Source: Arcobacteraceae bacterium (GTDB lineage Bacteria; Campylobacterota; Campylobacteria; Campylobacterales; Arcobacteraceae). From it: a stretch of DNA of 64,000 nt. The stretch lies in assembly GCA_028375605.1 (NCBI GenBank), contig JAONGR010000002.1:4085-68084 (forward strand), given 5' to 3'. This document shows, piece after piece, positions 58,546-64,000 of the stretch. Position 1 is the stretch's first letter. Each line of letters starts with the position of its first letter. Under the pieces are notes generated by a model. It was not told the origin of the DNA and searched no databases. It saw only the letters and a program-made list of their open reading frames with translations. The translations under genes were made by a program, and so were the position numbers.

Positions 58546-59324
58546 ATACTTTTTAACCTTTCTAATAATTCTTTATAGTTTCTATTATTTAAATATCTTG
58601 TTGTTGTATAATATAACAAAGCATATTTTATATACTCATTAAACTCTTTTATATTTATATTTAAACCATAAGTATCTAATAGTGTTTTTACTTTTGAAGT
58701 ATTTAGTTTATTATTCTCAAAACACCAAGATATTGTTACAACTGCTAACTCAAATACAAAGTCACCTTCACAAGCTTCTATAAAATCAAAAACTCCAGTT
58801 AGCTCATCATCTTCAAACTTAGCATTGTCGGAAAAAAGATCTCCATGTATCACTCCATCATTTTTAAGCTTGCAATTTATATTATTGAAATACTCCAAAA
58901 ATAAAGGCTCATTTGTTTGTATTATTAAATCTTTGAAAGAGTTTTTTTCATATATTTTTTGATTTGATGATGATGAATTTTTAGAGATACAATGAAATTT
59001 TTTTAAAAATAAAGCAATTTGTTCTATTTGTAAGATACTGGGATTATATGAACTTTTCCCTTTCATTTGACTATAAAATACCATTGTGTAGTTTGGGTAT
59101 TCGTAAATATCCAAAATCTTTGGTACACAAAGTCCATCTAAATCTTTTAAAAGTTTTTGCTCTGCTAAAATTGTTTCTGCTGTTCTATTTTCAACTATTT
59201 TTAGTACATACTTATTATCTAAGAGATAAACACTATGCGTAGCACCATCTTTTGTTTCTTGAAGATGAAATGTTTGATATTTTAAAGGAAGTTCATCTTG
59301 AGTAATTTTTACCTTAATTCCCAT
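58542..59324 (-). CDS. APH/homoserine kinase type II (ThrB-like) phosphotransferase
   Basis: MGIKV..., G...SVY, YVLK, IHGDLFSDN and GVFDF.EAC...FELAV motifs; ATGA overlap with the cobD-type gene. Confidence 0.85.
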   Translation of the reverse strand: MGIKVKITQDELPLKYQTFHLQETKDGATHSVYLLDNKYVLKIVENRTAETILAEQKLLKDLDGLCVPKILDIYEYPNYTMVFYSQMKGKSSYNPSILQIEQIALFLKKFHCISKNSSSSNQKIYEKNSFKDLIIQTNEPLFLEYFNNINCKLKNDGVIHGDLFSDNAKFEDDELTGVFDFIEACEGDFVFELAVVTISWCFENNKLNTSKVKTLLDTYGLNINIKEFNEYIKYALLYYTTTRYLNNRNYKELLERLKSI

Positions 59325-60102
59325 TATCTTTTTCTAATAATCTAAAATAACTATGTCCTATAAATATGATATAAAAAATAGAGATAAAAAATGCAACAAA
59401 AGGAATAAGTGAAACTACATATAAAAGTAAAGTTTTTCCTCTAAATGATGACTTTGTAAAATAATATATTTTTTTAAATCTATCATATGACATTATATTT
59501 GCACTAACATCATAGTTTAACATCTTATGAAATAGATAATAAAAAGGTAGATTTATAGCGATAATATTTATTATGGGTATAAAATACAATGGTGTAAATA
59601 AAATAAGCAGAAAAATAGTTACTAATGCAGTTTTTAATAGCTTAAATATACTGCCAATTACAGTATCATATCCCTCTTCAAGTTCTAGATGTGAATAGTG
59701 TTTTTGATGTATCTTATGTAAAATAGTTGGTGTTAAAAATCCTACGATTATAAGAGAGGTAAATATACTCAAATATCCTATGGCAAAAAGACCTACAGTA
59801 TATACTAAAAAACTCACTATCCATGATGTAACTGTATAACGAAGTAAAAAATCTATGATAGAGCTACCTGTATAAGTTTCATCCGTTGATGTTTCATTAA
59901 CTACACCATTTTCAATCGACGTTTGGTGTTGTTGTATCTGGATTTGTGTATCTTCTAAATGAGAAAGACCCATATCTGCAATAGCATAAAACATAATAAC
60001 CATCACTAAAAAACTTCCTAATAATGGAAATATAATCAGTTTCAACATATCTTTTGTAAAATAATCTTTTATACTAATCTCAAATAACTTTAAATCTAAC
60101 AT
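59314..60102 (-). CDS. EI24/CysZ-like membrane protein
   Basis: Multiple TMs; GFLTP.I...HY, LYFIPIIN and LNYDV motifs. Confidence 0.8.
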   Translation of the reverse strand: MLDLKLFEISIKDYFTKDMLKLIIFPLLGSFLVMVIMFYAIADMGLSHLEDTQIQIQQHQTSIENGVVNETSTDETYTGSSIIDFLLRYTVTSWIVSFLVYTVGLFAIGYLSIFTSLIIVGFLTPTILHKIHQKHYSHLELEEGYDTVIGSIFKLLKTALVTIFLLILFTPLYFIPIINIIAINLPFYYLFHKMLNYDVSANIMSYDRFKKIYYFTKSSFRGKTLLLYVVSLIPFVAFFISIFYIIFIGHSYFRLLEKDNGN

Positions 60103-60105
60103 ATT

Positions 60106-60564
60106 TTATTTTTTTCCTTTGTCATCATATATTAAAAACTGTTCAAGGTCTTTTATAAATTCTGGTGTGAGTGTATCCCATATAGCTTCTATTCGTGCGA
60201 GTCTTTTTAAGTGTCCTCTTTTTTTGGAGTTACTTCTATCACGTATTAGATAATGATATCGTATCATATCCTTACTCCAGTCACTTAAGATTGGCCAGTT
60301 TTTTACTATTTGATAGCTTTTTTCTTCATGGTCTGTAAAAGAGTATTCTTTAGTAACTAGATCTTTTTCTTTTCTAAATGCGACTATAGGTTTACCTAAG
60401 TCATGAAAAAAAGCAGTTGCTAAAAACTTATAATCTCTTGCCTTTATTACTTGATAGACAACTTTTAATGTATGAATAAATACACCATGTCTATGCCATC
60501 TATTTTGTTTTAAAAGTAATGTTTCCCAAAATGCTTTTGAGATAAATGAGTTATTTACTTCCAT
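60106..60564 (-). CDS. HD-domain phosphohydrolase
   Basis: HRHGVFIHTLKV...FFHDLGKP...DHEEKS...YHY; probable ATG at 60564 overlapping the bluB end. Confidence 0.8.
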   Translation of the reverse strand: MEVNNSFISKAFWETLLLKQNRWHRHGVFIHTLKVVYQVIKARDYKFLATAFFHDLGKPIVAFRKEKDLVTKEYSFTDHEEKSYQIVKNWPILSDWSKDMIRYHYLIRDRSNSKKRGHLKRLARIEAIWDTLTPEFIKDLEQFLIYDDKGKK

Positions 60565-61178
60565 GATACTACTTTTTTCATTTTTTTCTTTTTTTCCCAT
60601 TTTAAAGTTTCTAACTCTGGAGTGTCTAAAAACTCTTTTGGATATCCTACACATAGATATCCTACTAGTTTATATTTATCACTTATGTTTAAAGTTTTTT
60701 GTACTTTTTTGTGGTTGATGATACTCACCCAACCTATACCTATATTAAGTGCACGTGCCATAAGCCACATATTTTGTATCGCACAAACTACACTGTATTC
60801 ACCCATTTTTTTTGAGCTAGTTTGACCCAATATCTTTTTTGTAGGTTTTTTATAAAAAACAGCTATATTTATAGGTGTCTCTTTTATACCTTCAAGTTTT
60901 AGCGTATTATATAACTCTTTACCTTTAAAATGTTTTTTACTTTTATCGTAAGCTTTTTTAAAATTCTCATAAACACTATTTTTTATCTTTTCATCTTCAA
61001 TCACCACAAACTTCCAAGGCTGAGAAAAGCCCACAGAAGGTGCGTGAAGTCCTGCATCTAAAATAGTGTTTATATGTTTCTTTTTTATCTTTTTAGATAA
61101 GAAATTATTACCCCTTATATCTCTACGTGAGATAATAATATCATTTAATGTTTTAGTTTGTTTTTTAGTGAATTTCAA
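60555..61178 (-). CDS. bluB: 5,6-dimethylbenzimidazole synthase
   Basis: RRDIR, HAPSVGFSQPW.F, LKLEGI.E, YSVVCAIQNMWL.ARA..IG.GWVSI and YLCVGYP motifs. Confidence 0.92.
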   Translation of the reverse strand: MKFTKKQTKTLNDIIISRRDIRGNNFLSKKIKKKHINTILDAGLHAPSVGFSQPWKFVVIEDEKIKNSVYENFKKAYDKSKKHFKGKELYNTLKLEGIKETPINIAVFYKKPTKKILGQTSSKKMGEYSVVCAIQNMWLMARALNIGIGWVSIINHKKVQKTLNISDKYKLVGYLCVGYPKEFLDTPELETLKWEKKKKMKKVVSWK

Positions 61179-61193
61179 ATTATTTTTCTTATA

Positions 61194-63881
61194 TTACACT
61201 GCAAAATGATCGAAGAGTATAATGTTAAAACATGCTCCATATAAATCTTTTTGTTTATGAGTGAAATTAGTGTTGTAAACACGTATAGTGGCTTTATATT
61301 TATCTCTTAGTATTTTGTTTACCATTGAAAGTCCTATACCTGTTCCCACAGACTGATGTTTTGTTGTAAAGTAGGGTTCAAATATTCTATCGATTATACT
61401 TTCTTCTATTCCCCCACCACTATCCATGATATTAATAGATAAAGAGTTACCAACTTTTCTTGTAGAAACTATAATATATCTTTTCCCTTCTTCTCTATCA
61501 ACGAGAACATCTTTTGCGTTATTTAAGATGTTTATAAATGATTGAACTAATTCATTTTTATTAGCATGTATAGATATGTCATCTTCAACATTTGTAATGA
61601 GTTCAATATAATTATTTTGTATTGTAGCCTTAACAAGACTAAAGGTGTATAAAAGTGTGTCTTTTATACTAACTTGTGTAATGATTTTATCATTTTTAAT
61701 AAAGTTTCTAAAATCATCAATAGTTTTAGAAAGATATTGTGCATTATCATTTATTGTATTCATATTCTTTTTAATAAGTTTATCTGTTAATTGATTCAGC
61801 TCATTGTAGACCAGCACACCAGTCGATGCTGTTGATATAATACTTAGTGGTTGTCTCCATTGATGAGAAATATTTCCTATCATTTCTCCCATAGCTGCGA
61901 GTTTTGACTGTTCTTCTAATATTTTTATATGTGAAATGTCTCGAGCAATTACTAATATTCGTTTTTTATCAGGTAAAAGAGTTCCTGTCATACTGATGTG
62001 TATTATTTGATGTTTTTTTGTAAAACATTTTTTTTCAAAACTTTTAATATATCCATTGTTAATAACTTCATCTAAAGCTTGATAAGATTTTTGAACATCA
62101 TCTTCAATAGTAAGTTGTATACAAGACCTTTTTAACATTTCTTTTTTAGAATATTGTAACATTTTCGAATATGCATTATTACAGTTTAAAAAGTTTGATT
62201 TTAAATCAAGAATAGCGATACCATCACTTGAACTATTAAAAATCGTTTCAAATTCTTCTTTTTGCTCTATTATTTCAATTTGATGTTTTTTTAATTGTGT
62301 TATATCTCTTGCAATACCCAGAATACCATACATAGTTCCATCATGTAACATTACTTTTAATTTTGTTGTATGTAGATATATTTTTTGTTGAGTTGCAGGG
62401 GATATTACTGTTTCTTCATTAGATAGTGGAATATCACTTTTTATTGCTTTCTTATCATTTTTTCTAAATAGGTCAGCCTTTTCTTTTATAACAAAATCAT
62501 AATCAGTTTTACCAATAATATCTACTTCTTTTGCTCCATAAAATTTTTCAAAACTATTATTACATGATAAATAAACTCCATTTTCATCTTTTATCCATAA
62601 AAGGTCTGGTAAGGAATGAATAATAGTAGATAGTTTTATTTTTTCTAGCTCTAGTTGTTGATTTTGCTTTGTTAATTTTTCTTCTATATTTAAACGTTCT
62701 GTTATATCATGCGAATGTCCAATAGTACCAATAATATTATTATTCTTATCATAAACGGGTGCTTTAACTGTTTCAAACCACTTTTCTTTTTTATTAACTA
62801 AAACTTTTTCTTGAATAAATTTATTTTTACCATTTTTTAAAACATATTTATCATCTGCAAGATATTGTGTAGCTAACTTTTTTGACCATATATCGAAGTC
62901 ATTTTTACCAATTAAACTATCTGGATTGTTTACTCCTACTATTTCAGAAAAAGCTTTATTTACAGTTAGAAAATTACTCTTATCATCCTTCAGCCATGTT
63001 AAAAAAGAAAGATTATCTATGAGTGTTTTATTATATGCTATATTTTTTTCAAATCTTTTTTTAATTTCCTCTTGTTCTATTCGTATTTTATGTCGCTCAT
63101 CAATATCAGAATGAGTTCCTGTTAATACTTTAGCTTCACCAGAGTTTGTATATTGGGTGATACTTCCTTTATCTAAAACCCATTTATAGTCACCATTTTT
63201 ACATAAAACTCGATGTTCACTAACATAATATTTTGTTTTACCATTAAGATAATCTTTAATTTCTTGTTCTACTCTATCAATATCCTCAGGATGAACTCTA
63301 TTTTCCCATTCAAAGATATTTGAAGCAATTTCATTCTCTTTAAATCCAAGCATTTTTTTCCATTGCTTAGAAAAATATACTTCATCTGTGATTATATTCC
63401 ATTCCCATAATCCATCGCCATTACTTTCTATAGCATTAATCCACATTTTTCTAGAGTCTTTTATTTCTTGAATATTATTTTGACTTTTTGTACAATCTGA
63501 TATATATCCAATATAATGTGTAATAATATCATTATCATAAATAATTGTTGTGTAGTCATCAATCCAAATATAATTACCATCAATATTTTGTATACGATAT
63601 GCTTTATGTTTAAATTGGATTTTTTTATCCAATGAGTTAATTTCTACTTCTTTTGATACGCGTTTAATATCACTTGGGTGTATTAATGATGAGTATTTTA
63701 TTTTCCCAAAGAGAAAGTCTTTTTTAGCATAACCAAGTAAATTAGTAATATTCTTAGATACAGATACAACACTCCATTTTTCATCATTATTCCAAATAAA
63801 AGCACTAGTAGGAGAATGATTAAAAAAATTACTTTTTATAACTTGGTTACTATCTTTTAGTAATTCTATATTAGTCATCAT
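61194..63881 (-). CDS. Cytoplasmic multi-PAS sensor histidine kinase
   Basis: About 5 PAS/PAC domains; ISHQWRQPL, NNAKD, DSGGG and GTGIGL motifs; no TM. Confidence 0.93.
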   Translation of the reverse strand: MMTNIELLKDSNQVIKSNFFNHSPTSAFIWNNDEKWSVVSVSKNITNLLGYAKKDFLFGKIKYSSLIHPSDIKRVSKEVEINSLDKKIQFKHKAYRIQNIDGNYIWIDDYTTIIYDNDIITHYIGYISDCTKSQNNIQEIKDSRKMWINAIESNGDGLWEWNIITDEVYFSKQWKKMLGFKENEIASNIFEWENRVHPEDIDRVEQEIKDYLNGKTKYYVSEHRVLCKNGDYKWVLDKGSITQYTNSGEAKVLTGTHSDIDERHKIRIEQEEIKKRFEKNIAYNKTLIDNLSFLTWLKDDKSNFLTVNKAFSEIVGVNNPDSLIGKNDFDIWSKKLATQYLADDKYVLKNGKNKFIQEKVLVNKKEKWFETVKAPVYDKNNNIIGTIGHSHDITERLNIEEKLTKQNQQLELEKIKLSTIIHSLPDLLWIKDENGVYLSCNNSFEKFYGAKEVDIIGKTDYDFVIKEKADLFRKNDKKAIKSDIPLSNEETVISPATQQKIYLHTTKLKVMLHDGTMYGILGIARDITQLKKHQIEIIEQKEEFETIFNSSSDGIAILDLKSNFLNCNNAYSKMLQYSKKEMLKRSCIQLTIEDDVQKSYQALDEVINNGYIKSFEKKCFTKKHQIIHISMTGTLLPDKKRILVIARDISHIKILEEQSKLAAMGEMIGNISHQWRQPLSIISTASTGVLVYNELNQLTDKLIKKNMNTINDNAQYLSKTIDDFRNFIKNDKIITQVSIKDTLLYTFSLVKATIQNNYIELITNVEDDISIHANKNELVQSFINILNNAKDVLVDREEGKRYIIVSTRKVGNSLSINIMDSGGGIEESIIDRIFEPYFTTKHQSVGTGIGLSMVNKILRDKYKATIRVYNTNFTHKQKDLYGACFNIILFDHFAV

Positions 63882-63924
63882 TATCCCTTCTTAAATAATA
63901 TTAAAATCAACCACTTATAAAATT

Positions 63925-63933
63925 ATTATAGCA
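63925..63933 (-). promoter_or_regulatory. Extended -10 promoter (TGCTATAAT) for the multi-PAS kinase
   Basis: ATTATAGCA on + equals TGCTATAAT on -, about 45 nt upstream of the ATG. Confidence 0.6.
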
Positions 63934-64000
63934 TAAAATTATAAATGGCAAAGTGATATTTTAGTATAGTTATATCTATTTTATCTTTTAAAAGTAGGGA

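Noticed and set aside
60565-60654. ORF-track N-terminal extension of the HD protein
   Set aside because: It overlaps bluB by 100 nt in another frame; the ATG at 60564 gives a typical short overlap
466-63114. About 35 short ORFs (60-119 aa) in the track lying antisense to or out of frame within long genes (e.g. 466-729, 11661-11918, 41202-41561, 55911-56204)
   Set aside because: They are shadows of well-supported genes, with no SD, no recognisable motifs and the composition expected from antisense AT-rich codons
1-64000. CRISPR arrays, tRNA/rRNA genes, IS elements and phase-variable poly-G/C tracts
   Set aside because: No regularly spaced repeats, GC-rich structured RNA blocks, transposase ORFs or long G/C homopolymers were seen; A/T runs are expected at this base composition and do not break frames

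Overview
AT-rich chromosomal segment of a Campylobacterota bacterium, most likely Arcobacteraceae. This placement is inferred from the trpC-TPR-YkgJ and hemL-atpZ gene order, TGnTATAAT promoters, AAGGA Shine-Dalgarno sites and many AHQWRQP-type histidine kinases. It holds about 60 CDSs; I saw no rRNA, tRNA, CRISPR array, integrase or transposase. Contents: the tail of an Rhs/YD locus; housekeeping genes (trpC, hemL, thyA-folA, topA, tkt); a hybrid kinase-CheR cluster; a SiaABC-type partner-switch cluster; an RND pump; an MCP and HD-GYP pair; a TRAP (dctPQM) transporter with an adjacent two-component system; and a dispersed cobamide salvage/nucleotide-loop gene set (cobQ, cobS, cobU, archaeal-type cobT, cbiB, cobD-type decarboxylase, bluB). 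Most notable: (1) the Sia system has no adjacent SiaD cyclase, but a SiaD-like SiaC-docking motif appears on both a histidine kinase and an HD-GYP phosphodiesterase; (2) four genes within 41.7-50.4 kb seem to need ATT/ATA/ATC start codons 6-7 nt after a strong SD; (3) a tandem DnaT-like ssDNA-binding protein and a partner gene sit downstream of trpC; (4) an APH/ThrB-II-fold kinase is translationally coupled to the threonine-phosphate decarboxylase of the cob operon. All family assignments come from motif recognition by eye; no database searches were run.
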